Below are positions 18,650 through 27,811 of a stretch of 64,000 nucleotides of DNA, piece after piece; positions within the stretch are counted from its first letter, which is position 1, and every line of letters begins with the position of its first letter. Source of the DNA: Sulfurovum sp. (lineage in GTDB: Bacteria; Campylobacterota; Campylobacteria; Campylobacterales; Sulfurovaceae); NCBI RefSeq assembly GCF_015493435.1, contig NZ_WGDD01000032.1, positions 26 through 64,025 on the forward strand. The letters run 5' to 3'. Under the pieces are notes generated by a model, which was not told the origin of the DNA, did no database searches, and worked only from the letters and a program-made list of their open reading frames with translations. Position numbers and translations under genes: made by a program.

Positions 18650-20548
18650 TTACACAAACATCGCTGAAATGACTGCGATAACCAATAGGAATACAGAACC
18701 CACAGCCATCCAATTCAGATAGTTGGACAGGTTACCTGTCTGCATCTTTCTTGAAGCATCCCCGCTCTTATAGAGGAATTTGGCAATGCCGTCAACGGTT
18801 GCATCTACAATTTTCATATCTACATCTTTCCACATCATTTCCGAGAGCATCGCATACGGCTTTGTAATGATTGCTTCATACAGATTTGGAATATAGTACT
18901 GATTTGCCAAAAGTTTGTATGTGAAACTGTTCTCCAGTTTCTTGTCTCTTTTGAGTCCCTTATAGTACTTTCTGTATGCCAGTACAATACCGCCTACCGC
19001 AAAGGCAAGGACAATCAGTCCCAGCATCATTGAAAGATGGTGTGTATGCTCACTCATATGGTAGTCTGGCAGCAGCTTGGTTACAAAGTGCTCAAACGTA
19101 CCCTGTGCAAAACCGGCTATCACTGCAAGTATTGCCAACGGTGACATTGCAATAAGAACATATTTATACATTTCATGCGGATGAATACCGAATGCTTTGT
19201 ATCTTTCGTCCCCTTCGAAAGTAAGGAAGACCTGTCTGAAGCTGTAGAATGCAGTCATACCTGCCGTCACGACAAGGATAACCCATAGAAACAATGTTCC
19301 TTCATTGAAGGCCGTTTCGATGATGGCATCTTTGGAGAAGAAACCTGCAAACGGAGGAATTCCTGCCAAAGCCAGGGAAGCGACTCCCATATAGATATAA
19401 GTCCACTTCATCGCTTTTTTCAATCCACCCATTTTGAAAATGTCAAGTTCATCATGCATTGCATGCATCACGTTACCTGCACCCAGGAAGAGCAGTGCTT
19501 TGAAGAAAGCGTGTGCCGCGAGGTGGAAAAGTGCGATCCAGTAAGCTCCCAGACCTGCCGCCGCAAACATATATCCCAGCTGAGAAAGTGTCGAGAAAGC
19601 GATAATACGCTTCAAGTCTCTGTTGACCAGTGCCATGGATGCCGCAAAGAAAGCGACAAAGGTACCCAGGGCCGCAATAAAATAGCTTACCTCCGGCGTC
19701 ATGGAAAAGAGCGGATTCGCTCTGATCACAAGGAATACACCGGCAGTTACCATGGTGGCCGCATGGATCAATGCAGAAACCGGCGTCGGGCCTTCCATTG
19801 CATCTGTCAGCCAGGTATGGAGCGGGAACTGTGCCGATTTACCCATTGCTCCGATAAAGAGTGCGATCGCTGCCGCATTCAGTACCGAGCCGCTCAAATC
19901 AGGAAGTGCCGCGAACACCACATCATACTGCAGACTGCCAACATTCCAGTAAAGGATGAAAAGTCCGATCAGCATTCCAAGGTCAGCGATACGGTTCATA
20001 ATAAATGCTTCATTCGCTGCCCAGGATGGAGAAATAGAGGGATTCTCTTCTCTGGATACATCTTCTTTGTGATACCAGAAACCGATCAGAAGCCATGAAC
20101 AGACCCCCACACCTTCCCATCCGATGAAAAGTCCGGCAAAGTTATCTGACATAACAAGGATCATCATCGAAAAAACGAAGGCTGACAGGTATGAGAAGAA
20201 TCGGTTGAAACTCTTATCATGGTCCATATATCCTATAGAATAAACATGAACCACTGTCGAAACAAGTGTGACAACGGTCATCATGGTCACGGAAACCTGA
20301 TCCACCACAAAACCGAACGGAATATGAAGATCACCTGCAGAGATCCAATCCATCATTGTAACATGTATGCCTGCCCCTGTGGTCCAGACATGAAATGCCA
20401 GCATAGCCGAAGCACAGAACGATGCAAAAAGCAGCAGAGACGCTACAATACCTACAAATGTTTGTTTTGGACTCATTCCGAACAAAGCTGCGAACAGCGA
20501 ACTCGCAAACGGAGCAAACAGTGCTATATATACTAAAGTTTCCATCAT
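18650..20548 (-). CDS. nuoL: NADH-quinone oxidoreductase subunit L
   Basis: GWEGVG, GKSAQFPLHTWL.DAMEGPTPVSALIHAATMVTAG, HAFFKALLFL. Confidence 0.97.
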   Translation of the reverse strand: MMETLVYIALFAPFASSLFAALFGMSPKQTFVGIVASLLLFASFCASAMLAFHVWTTGAGIHVTMMDWISAGDLHIPFGFVVDQVSVTMMTVVTLVSTVVHVYSIGYMDHDKSFNRFFSYLSAFVFSMMILVMSDNFAGLFIGWEGVGVCSWLLIGFWYHKEDVSREENPSISPSWAANEAFIMNRIADLGMLIGLFILYWNVGSLQYDVVFAALPDLSGSVLNAAAIALFIGAMGKSAQFPLHTWLTDAMEGPTPVSALIHAATMVTAGVFLVIRANPLFSMTPEVSYFIAALGTFVAFFAASMALVNRDLKRIIAFSTLSQLGYMFAAAGLGAYWIALFHLAAHAFFKALLFLGAGNVMHAMHDELDIFKMGGLKKAMKWTYIYMGVASLALAGIPPFAGFFSKDAIIETAFNEGTLFLWVILVVTAGMTAFYSFRQVFLTFEGDERYKAFGIHPHEMYKYVLIAMSPLAILAVIAGFAQGTFEHFVTKLLPDYHMSEHTHHLSMMLGLIVLAFAVGGIVLAYRKYYKGLKRDKKLENSFTYKLLANQYYIPNLYEAIITKPYAMLSEMMWKDVDMKIVDATVDGIAKFLYKSGDASRKMQTGNLSNYLNWMAVGSVFLLVIAVISAMFV

Positions 20549-20850
20549 TACCCCTTCATATTTGCAAGATCATCAAGATCGAGACTACCGTGTTTTTTAT
20601 ACAATACGATCAGTATACCCAGACCAACGGCCACTTCACTCGCAGCGATCGCGATAATAAAGAATGCAAACATTTGACCCGTAAGATCATTATAGTAGTG
20701 TGAAATCGCTGCAAATGCGATATTGACCGCATTGAGCATCACTTCCGTTGCGAAGAAAAGCATTAAAAGATTTCTTCTTCTCAATACACCCATCAACCCG
20801 ATAGAGAAGATCAGTGCTGAGATGACAAGATAGTGAGTTAAACCTATCAT
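20548..20850 (-). CDS. nuoK: NADH-quinone oxidoreductase subunit K
   Basis: EVMLNAVN, AASEVAVGL; position in operon. Confidence 0.96.
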   Translation of the reverse strand: MIGLTHYLVISALIFSIGLMGVLRRRNLLMLFFATEVMLNAVNIAFAAISHYYNDLTGQMFAFFIIAIAASEVAVGLGILIVLYKKHGSLDLDDLANMKG

Positions 20851-21410
20851 TTTACATCCTTTTTTATCAAGATTTCATCATCTACACAAGTGTCCTTGGT
20901 GAGACTCTGATCCATTTTCTTACCGGCAAGGATAATCCCTGAGATCATCGCTACCAATAACATAACCGCTGCAACTTCAAACGGGATAAGATACTTGGTA
21001 AAGAGTACGATACCGACATCCTGTGCATTCCCGACACCTTCATGCATCGGATAAAGCGCCTGGATCGATTCATTGTAGATCGGTGCAGCGAACATCAGTA
21101 CCAATGACAGGGCGCTCAAACCGCCCAATACAAAGATCAAGGCAGGATTGGTATTTTTTTCTTTGATCGATTTGGTTGAATCAAAGAACATCATTGCAAA
21201 CGAATAAAGTGCCATAATGGCACCGACATATACAATGAGCTGAACCACACCAAGGAAATCTGCCCCCAGAATAAAGAAAAAGCCTGAGATCAGCACCATC
21301 CCTGCAGCAAGCGATGTCATGGCATACAAGACATTCTTGCTAAAGACCGTGATGAGGAAAAGTCCTATTGTTAAAGCCGAAAATAGGTAAAAGGCTATTG
21401 TTTCATACAT
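20847..21410 (-). CDS. nuoJ: NADH-quinone oxidoreductase subunit J
   Basis: QLIVYVGAIMAL, YLIPFEVAAVMLLVA. Confidence 0.95.
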   Translation of the reverse strand: MYETIAFYLFSALTIGLFLITVFSKNVLYAMTSLAAGMVLISGFFFILGADFLGVVQLIVYVGAIMALYSFAMMFFDSTKSIKEKNTNPALIFVLGGLSALSLVLMFAAPIYNESIQALYPMHEGVGNAQDVGIVLFTKYLIPFEVAAVMLLVAMISGIILAGKKMDQSLTKDTCVDDEILIKKDVK

Positions 21411-21421
21411 ATCTGCTCCTC

Positions 21422-22045
21422 CTAATACGCTAATGGCGTTTTTTTGATATTTTCATCAGCATTCGGTGAGACAGCGCCAAATCCGTCATATTCCTGCTGA
21501 AGGTTGAGTTTGTCGATCGGTGTCAACATATCTTCAAAAAGTGAGAAACTCGCTCTCTGCTCGGAAGCTGTTTCATATCTCGGTCCATGTACGATCGCCA
21601 GTTCCGGACATACTTCCGCACAATACCCGCAGAAGATACAGCGTCCGAAGTTGATCGTATATTCACTGACTTCTTTTCTCTGGTTTTCATCGTATCTTGT
21701 ATCCATTGTGATACAGTTTGAAATACAGATCTTTTCACACAATCCGCATCCGATACATCTGTAATGACCGCTTTCAAGCAGTCTGAGCATATCATGGATC
21801 GCTCTGTATCTCGGAGAGATCGGCAGTTTTTCAAACGGATATTTTACTGTATGCATCTGTCCTTTGAACAGTGCATTGATCATTTCCCGCATTGTGACCC
21901 AAAGTCCTACAAGCAGTTCGCCCTTGAACGTCCTGTCTAAGACCTGCTTGAACTTACCCATGCCTGTTTCGGGACTCTGCCCAAGATCAAGCATCTTATA
22001 GTTCTGTGTACCTACATTTCTATTTTTAAATTGTTCTAAACCCAT
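21422..22045 (-). CDS. nuoI: NADH-quinone oxidoreductase subunit I
   Basis: CIGCGLCEKIC and CIFCGYCAEVCP; YPFEK. Confidence 0.96.
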   Translation of the reverse strand: MGLEQFKNRNVGTQNYKMLDLGQSPETGMGKFKQVLDRTFKGELLVGLWVTMREMINALFKGQMHTVKYPFEKLPISPRYRAIHDMLRLLESGHYRCIGCGLCEKICISNCITMDTRYDENQRKEVSEYTINFGRCIFCGYCAEVCPELAIVHGPRYETASEQRASFSLFEDMLTPIDKLNLQQEYDGFGAVSPNADENIKKTPLAY

Positions 22046-22054
22046 ACCTGCTCC

Positions 22055-23086
22055 TTACACCATCATCACAATACCTGTGATCACTATATTGATCACAGCT
22101 ATCGGCATCAATACTTTCCAGCACAGCCACATCAACTGATCCGGTCTCACATGCGGCCATGCTGCTCTGACCCATAGCATCAGGAAGAAAAAGAACCCTA
22201 CCTTCAGAATGATCGTCAGCCAACCTATACCCACTTCGCTGTAACCACCGAGGAAAACAACTGCCGCAATGATAGAAATAGTGATCATATTGGCATATTC
22301 ACCAATAAAGAACATACCCCATCTCATACCCGAATACTCTGTTGCATATCCGGAAACCACTTCCGCTTCATGCTCAAGGAGGTCGAACGGTGTCCTGTTC
22401 GTCTCGGCAAACCCTGCAATAAGGAAGAGTACGAACGCAACCGGCTGCTGCCAGATAAGCCAGTGGCTGATGCCGCCTGCCTGTGCGTTATTGAAGTCAA
22501 CGAAAGAAAGTGAACCTACCAGCATGATCGGAGCCAGGATGGAAAGACCTGTCACTACTTCATAACTCAAAAACTGGATTGCCGTTCTTGCCGCACCGAT
22601 AATACCCCATTTGTTCGCCTGTGCCATACCTGCAAGCAAAGGACCATAAAGTCCTGCCGCCATCATTCCCAGCACAAAGAGAATCCCGATATTCAGGTCT
22701 GCCGCAATAGAAGGTACAAAAACACCTCCAAGCAAAGGCACCCACTCAGGAATGGTAAAGTCCGGGAATACCGGTACTGCAGCCAGCGCAATAAAGGCTG
22801 TTGCTGCCGTAATGGAGGGTGCGATCTTGAAGATAAGGGAGTTTGCATTCTGGGGGACAATATCTTCTTTGGTAAAAAGTTTGATACCATCCGCCACAAG
22901 CTGAAGCAAACCGTAGGGACCTACGTGCATAGGTCCGAGTCTTCTCTGCATGAATGCCAGTACCTTTCTTTCAATAAAAGTACCGAAACCGGCGATCGCC
23001 GCGATCACTGCCAGAATAAGGATGGCTTTAATGATAACACCGGCCGCCGTCACTTCCGGTAAATTTTGTACGAGTGTTGTTTCCAT
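22055..23086 (-). CDS. nuoH: NADH-quinone oxidoreductase subunit H
   Basis: ERKVLAFMQRRLGP, ADGIKLFTKE, ETNRTPFDL.E.E.E.V.G, EYSG. Confidence 0.97.
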   Translation of the reverse strand: METTLVQNLPEVTAAGVIIKAILILAVIAAIAGFGTFIERKVLAFMQRRLGPMHVGPYGLLQLVADGIKLFTKEDIVPQNANSLIFKIAPSITAATAFIALAAVPVFPDFTIPEWVPLLGGVFVPSIAADLNIGILFVLGMMAAGLYGPLLAGMAQANKWGIIGAARTAIQFLSYEVVTGLSILAPIMLVGSLSFVDFNNAQAGGISHWLIWQQPVAFVLFLIAGFAETNRTPFDLLEHEAEVVSGYATEYSGMRWGMFFIGEYANMITISIIAAVVFLGGYSEVGIGWLTIILKVGFFFFLMLWVRAAWPHVRPDQLMWLCWKVLMPIAVINIVITGIVMMV

Positions 23087-23087
23087 A

Positions 23088-25550
23088 TTACACCTTTCTC
23101 ATTGTTACTGTTTGATATCTGGCCGGGCCAAATAGCTCATACACGTTCTGAGCACTCTTGAAATCGGACAGTTTTGTGATATCACCGGTCATCTTCTCAT
23201 CCGCGATCACATCGACGACGATACTTCCATTCCCGAATACCACTTCCACTTTCTCTCCAAGCGCCTCAGCTTTCTCGGCACTGGCATACAGACCGAACGG
23301 TTCAAATATCTCATGTGCCTTGTCCGAGAAGTCGGAAAACTGTCTGGCCGGGTTGCACCGGTACACGATCTCGCCTTCCAGTGCTGCATGCTCATCGAAC
23401 TTCTCTACAGAAGGTGTTTTAGCCTTTCTGTTGGATGTTTTCAACAAATAACCCCTGTTCTCCGTACCGTCGTTGCTGTAACCGTTCGGCAATGCATCGA
23501 ACTCTATGGCACGGAAGCCCTTTGAAGCAGGCAGCCTGACAGTCCAGTCAACGGTCAGGCTTTCCCCTTCCTCAATGAGTTCCGAGACAAGGTCATTCAG
23601 CTCATATCCGCCGTATTCGACAGCGGCATTGGTCGGTACCACTCTCTTGGAAATATTGGTGAAGGTCCCTTCCTGCTGGTTCATCGCCGGCATATCCAAG
23701 TCTCCGTCACCCAGTGCGGAGAGTCTGAAATCGCCGATCTCGTTATATCCGATCGTATAGCCTTCGGCTTCATCATCAAGATCACAGATCAGCGCTACAC
23801 CGAGCGCATTGGCTTTTGGCGGAGCCATTACGACATCGATCTCGGAAGTCTCTTCGATCAGGGCAATGAGTTTCGCCAGGTTCTCCGCTTTGTCATGATA
23901 ATAGAAATCTTCACCGATCATCATGGAGAAGGATTCTTTTTTCTTCATCATTTTCTCAAAGGTATCTGTAAAAGTAGAAGAATTGCCGCCAAGCAGGTCT
24001 ACCAGACCGTTCTTCTCGACCGTGATCTCTTTGTCTACCATTTCAGGGACTTTCTTGGTCACTTCTTTGCTCTCGCCTGTTTCCTCATCAACCACGGTTT
24101 CAGTCACATCCTTCATCACTTTCTCTTTGATCGTCTTCGTTTCGGTCGTTTTGAAACTTGCAAGATATTCTTTCACCTCTTCAGGCAGTTTCTCTTTGTC
24201 GGCAAAAAGATCGAGTACAAGGTAAAGGGCAGCCTCTTCCAGACCCGGTTTGTGGGTAAAACACTCCACATTTTTACCAAAGCTTGGAATGAGGGTATCG
24301 GCAATCGGATGAAAATAGAGTCCCGCCCCCTTGTTCAGCTTTTGAACATTGTTGAAGGCATACTTCATCCCCGGTGCATCATTTCTGAGTGCAGAGCCAA
24401 GGGCAATGACAAAGTCACTCTTTTTCATGATTGCATCGTTGTCCGTCGTCCAGAATCTATTGCCTGAAGCTTTTTGATAATAGCCGAGGAACTTCTGGAA
24501 AGCGCGTACTTCAGGATTATAAAGTTTCAATCCCCTCTTTTCCTTGAGCGTCTGGAGCATCAAGGCTTCTTCATTGGTGATCACAGAATTGAAACGTACG
24601 GTCTGCGCATTTTTGAATGCTTCCAGTGCTTTTGCGAATGCTGCTTCATCTTTTGTAACATCAGTATTTTCAAAATCATAGGCAAAACGTGCTGCACCGT
24701 CCAATGAAACATAGTTCCACTCATTGGTCACACGGAAGATCTTTTCATTTCTGTTCTCAATGGAAGCAGGTTTCACTTCGTAATAAATCTGGAAACCGTC
24801 CGAAGAATGTGCAGAAACTGCGGGAATCCTCTTGAGGTCCCACGCGTTTGATTTATACTGGAAATCTCTGCTGACCAGTGCACCTACCGGACAGACAGCC
24901 GCACATTCGCCACAGTCCGAACAGTTCGTATATTCTGTTCCGTTGCTTGGTGCGATGACAGATTTCTGCAGTTTGTTCCACATTGCATAGGCATCTTTCG
25001 GCATCGTTTCTTTAAAGCCTTTGTCAAGTGCCTCTCCGCCTCTTTTTACGGTAGTAAGTGCCGCATCTCCGATCATATCTTTACAGACGGTCGTACAACG
25101 TTCACATACGATACAGAGACCTGCATCGTAATGCAGTACGGAACTCCAGTTCTTGACCTCTCTTTTGGTATCCGGAATCATGTAGGACTGTGAATCCACA
25201 CCGAGTTCAAGCGTATAATTCTGAAGTTCGCACTCTCCGCTCTTGTCGCAGACGCCGCACTGAAGCGGGTGGTTCACGTCATAAACTTCCATGATCGCAC
25301 GACGCTCTTCAAGAATGTTGGGTGTATCGACCGTGATCTCCATACCCTCCTTGACTTTTGCGTTACATGCATATACCTGTTTTCCGTCGGCCTCTACCAG
25401 ACAAAGACGGCACGCCAGTGTTGGCGAACATCGTGTCAAATAACAGATCGCGGGAATAAAAATATCGTTGGCACGTGCGGCATTGAGGATATATTCACCC
25501 TCTTTGACCGCGACTTCCCTGCCATCGATTTTAATATTGACTGTACTCAT
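23088..25550 (-). CDS. nuoG: NADH-quinone oxidoreductase subunit G, Campylobacter type (extra 4Fe-4S motif, degenerate N7)
   Basis: CYL..CSPTLACRLC, HPLQCGVCDKSGEC.LQ, CIVCERC...C, CSDCGECAAVCP; start set at MSTVNI. Confidence 0.93.
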   Translation of the reverse strand: MSTVNIKIDGREVAVKEGEYILNAARANDIFIPAICYLTRCSPTLACRLCLVEADGKQVYACNAKVKEGMEITVDTPNILEERRAIMEVYDVNHPLQCGVCDKSGECELQNYTLELGVDSQSYMIPDTKREVKNWSSVLHYDAGLCIVCERCTTVCKDMIGDAALTTVKRGGEALDKGFKETMPKDAYAMWNKLQKSVIAPSNGTEYTNCSDCGECAAVCPVGALVSRDFQYKSNAWDLKRIPAVSAHSSDGFQIYYEVKPASIENRNEKIFRVTNEWNYVSLDGAARFAYDFENTDVTKDEAAFAKALEAFKNAQTVRFNSVITNEEALMLQTLKEKRGLKLYNPEVRAFQKFLGYYQKASGNRFWTTDNDAIMKKSDFVIALGSALRNDAPGMKYAFNNVQKLNKGAGLYFHPIADTLIPSFGKNVECFTHKPGLEEAALYLVLDLFADKEKLPEEVKEYLASFKTTETKTIKEKVMKDVTETVVDEETGESKEVTKKVPEMVDKEITVEKNGLVDLLGGNSSTFTDTFEKMMKKKESFSMMIGEDFYYHDKAENLAKLIALIEETSEIDVVMAPPKANALGVALICDLDDEAEGYTIGYNEIGDFRLSALGDGDLDMPAMNQQEGTFTNISKRVVPTNAAVEYGGYELNDLVSELIEEGESLTVDWTVRLPASKGFRAIEFDALPNGYSNDGTENRGYLLKTSNRKAKTPSVEKFDEHAALEGEIVYRCNPARQFSDFSDKAHEIFEPFGLYASAEKAEALGEKVEVVFGNGSIVVDVIADEKMTGDITKLSDFKSAQNVYELFGPARYQTVTMRKV

Positions 25551-25551
25551 A

Positions 25552-27810
25552 TTAATTTCCTGCCCTTTCAAAATCTAACCTCTTAAATCTATAAGAGGAT
25601 ACCAAAGCTCCACTTAATCCCATGTCAAATGTCGGATTAAGGGCGATGGTTCCTTTCATGGTTGTGTCGATCTTAAACAGTCGATCGAAATCCACACCAT
25701 CGATAGCGAACGTGATACGGTCACCATCTTTCAGTCTGGTTGCCGTAGCGAACTGCTGTGAACCCAGAAGTACGGCTTCGTCTTCCAACAGGGATGACTT
25801 GGCTGTAAAAGCCGAGAACTGTTCGACAGGATCGCAGCGGTATACTACAGCTCCGTCATAGCCTTCGAGCTCTTCCACTTCGTCAAAATTTCTGCTGACA
25901 GAAACCTTTCGGGCCTTCAGCAGATAGCCTCTGTGCTCAGTGCCTACACTGTCAAAATAATCCGGAAGCGCATCGAATTCAATCGCTTCAAAACCCTTCT
26001 CTTCCGGCAGTATTTTCGTATATTCAATGGTATATTCCGCATCCATTCCCAAAACATTGGCGACATCATTCAAAACATAGCCCCCATACGGAAGGGCTGC
26101 ATTCATAGGTACGACACGCTTGTCCACTGTAGTAAGCGTACCCTCCTGCTGATTCATTGCCGGCATGTCAAGATCACCGCCGCCCAATGCGGAAAGGGTA
26201 AAGTCGGCAGGCATATTGTAACCGACCGTAGCACCTTCTGCTTCATCATCAAGATCACAGACGAGTGAAATACCCATGGCATTACCCGCTGGAGGGACAC
26301 AGACCACATTGAAACCGGCATACTGTTCAAGCAGTGCTGCCAGTTTCGCGATCTGCTCTGCTCTGGGATGGGCATAAAGGTCAGAGCCGACTACCAAAGA
26401 GAATCCGCTCTTCTTCAACAGAGATTTTCTCAGCGCTTCAAGCTCCTCTTCCCCTACATTGGTCTCGGCTGACAGATAGCCGATATCGAGATCATCCAGG
26501 AAAGAACGTACCGCTTTGGGCAATTCTGTTTCTTTAAGCAGTGTATCGGCCAGCAAAGCGGCCACACCCTCTTCGCTTCCCACTTCATATTTAATGAACT
26601 GTGTCACGATATTCTGTATCTCTTTGTCTTCGATCGGATGCATATAGGCGACTCTGGCCTGATGCCACTTGCTTGCCATATTGACATGATATTTCACCGC
26701 TGGTGCATCGTCATTGATTCGCGAACCGAAAATGATCACCGCTTTTGACTCGGAAATACGTTTAAGGGTACCGCCATAGAGATGTTTTCCGGTAATATTG
26801 CCGTAGGCCTGCATAAATTTCTGGTAGGCTCGCGCTTCGGGGGAGACCAGTTTGAAACCGAGCTTCTCTTTGAGTTTCTGAAGGATCAGCGCTTCTTCAT
26901 TCGAAGTCTGGTTCGACAGAAGGACCGTATCTGCTTTGTTGAAAGCTTCAACCGCTTTTGCAAAAGCCTCTTTGTCTTTTGTCACACCTTCATTGGCATA
27001 GTCAAAACCGAATCTGCCTGCGCCGCAGAGAGTACTGAATTCAAACTCGTTGGTCACACGGTAGATCCTGTCCTGCTTCACTTCGTAATACATCTGGCAT
27101 CCGCCGCCGCAATGCGGACAGGCACTCGGAATCTTCGTCAACTCCCAGGCATTGGCCGTGTATTTGAACTTCGTACTGACCAGTGCCCCGACAGGGCAGA
27201 CCGCTGCTGCTTCACCCAGAGAAGCGTAGTTCTTCTCTTTTTTGGTATTGACAATGGTTGATCCGTATCCGCCGAACTTGATCTTGAGCGCTTCATCCCC
27301 CGTGATCTCGGTCGAAACACGTACACACTTCTCACACATGATACAGAGTGCAGGGTCGTAGGAAACATGTCCCCAGTTCTCTACCGGCCTGTTCTGGTCT
27401 CTTGCCGTGAAGTCCTGTGCCTCGAGGTTGAACTCCATGGTCTTGTTCTGAAGGTCGCATTCCCCACTTTTGTCACAGACACCGCATTCGAGCGGATGGT
27501 TGACATTATAGAGCTTCATAATGCTCTGGCGTTCCTCAAAAAGGGCATCGCTGTCAGTAGTAATGACTGCGCCGTCCGTCGCTTTTTCCTGGCAGGAGAG
27601 GATCATCCCTTCCACACCTTCGACCTCTACCACACACATACGGCATGAACCTATCGGCTGGACCTTGGTCAAATAGCACATGGTCGGGACATAAATATCA
27701 TGCTCTCTGGCGATCTCCAGTATGGTTTTGCCAAAAGTACTTTTGAACTCCTGACCGTTAATGGTAACGCTGATCTCTTTCCCGGTATTCATAGAATTAT
27801 GTGCACTCAT
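25552..27810 (-). CDS. Second NuoG-like Fe-S subunit (N7 motif intact)
   Basis: GSCRMC, HPLECGVCDKSGEC.LQ, CIMCEKC, VCPVGAL, CPHCGGGC...LCGAGRF. Confidence 0.9.
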   Translation of the reverse strand: MSAHNSMNTGKEISVTINGQEFKSTFGKTILEIAREHDIYVPTMCYLTKVQPIGSCRMCVVEVEGVEGMILSCQEKATDGAVITTDSDALFEERQSIMKLYNVNHPLECGVCDKSGECDLQNKTMEFNLEAQDFTARDQNRPVENWGHVSYDPALCIMCEKCVRVSTEITGDEALKIKFGGYGSTIVNTKKEKNYASLGEAAAVCPVGALVSTKFKYTANAWELTKIPSACPHCGGGCQMYYEVKQDRIYRVTNEFEFSTLCGAGRFGFDYANEGVTKDKEAFAKAVEAFNKADTVLLSNQTSNEEALILQKLKEKLGFKLVSPEARAYQKFMQAYGNITGKHLYGGTLKRISESKAVIIFGSRINDDAPAVKYHVNMASKWHQARVAYMHPIEDKEIQNIVTQFIKYEVGSEEGVAALLADTLLKETELPKAVRSFLDDLDIGYLSAETNVGEEELEALRKSLLKKSGFSLVVGSDLYAHPRAEQIAKLAALLEQYAGFNVVCVPPAGNAMGISLVCDLDDEAEGATVGYNMPADFTLSALGGGDLDMPAMNQQEGTLTTVDKRVVPMNAALPYGGYVLNDVANVLGMDAEYTIEYTKILPEEKGFEAIEFDALPDYFDSVGTEHRGYLLKARKVSVSRNFDEVEELEGYDGAVVYRCDPVEQFSAFTAKSSLLEDEAVLLGSQQFATATRLKDGDRITFAIDGVDFDRLFKIDTTMKGTIALNPTFDMGLSGALVSSYRFKRLDFERAGN

Positions 27811-27811
27811 A

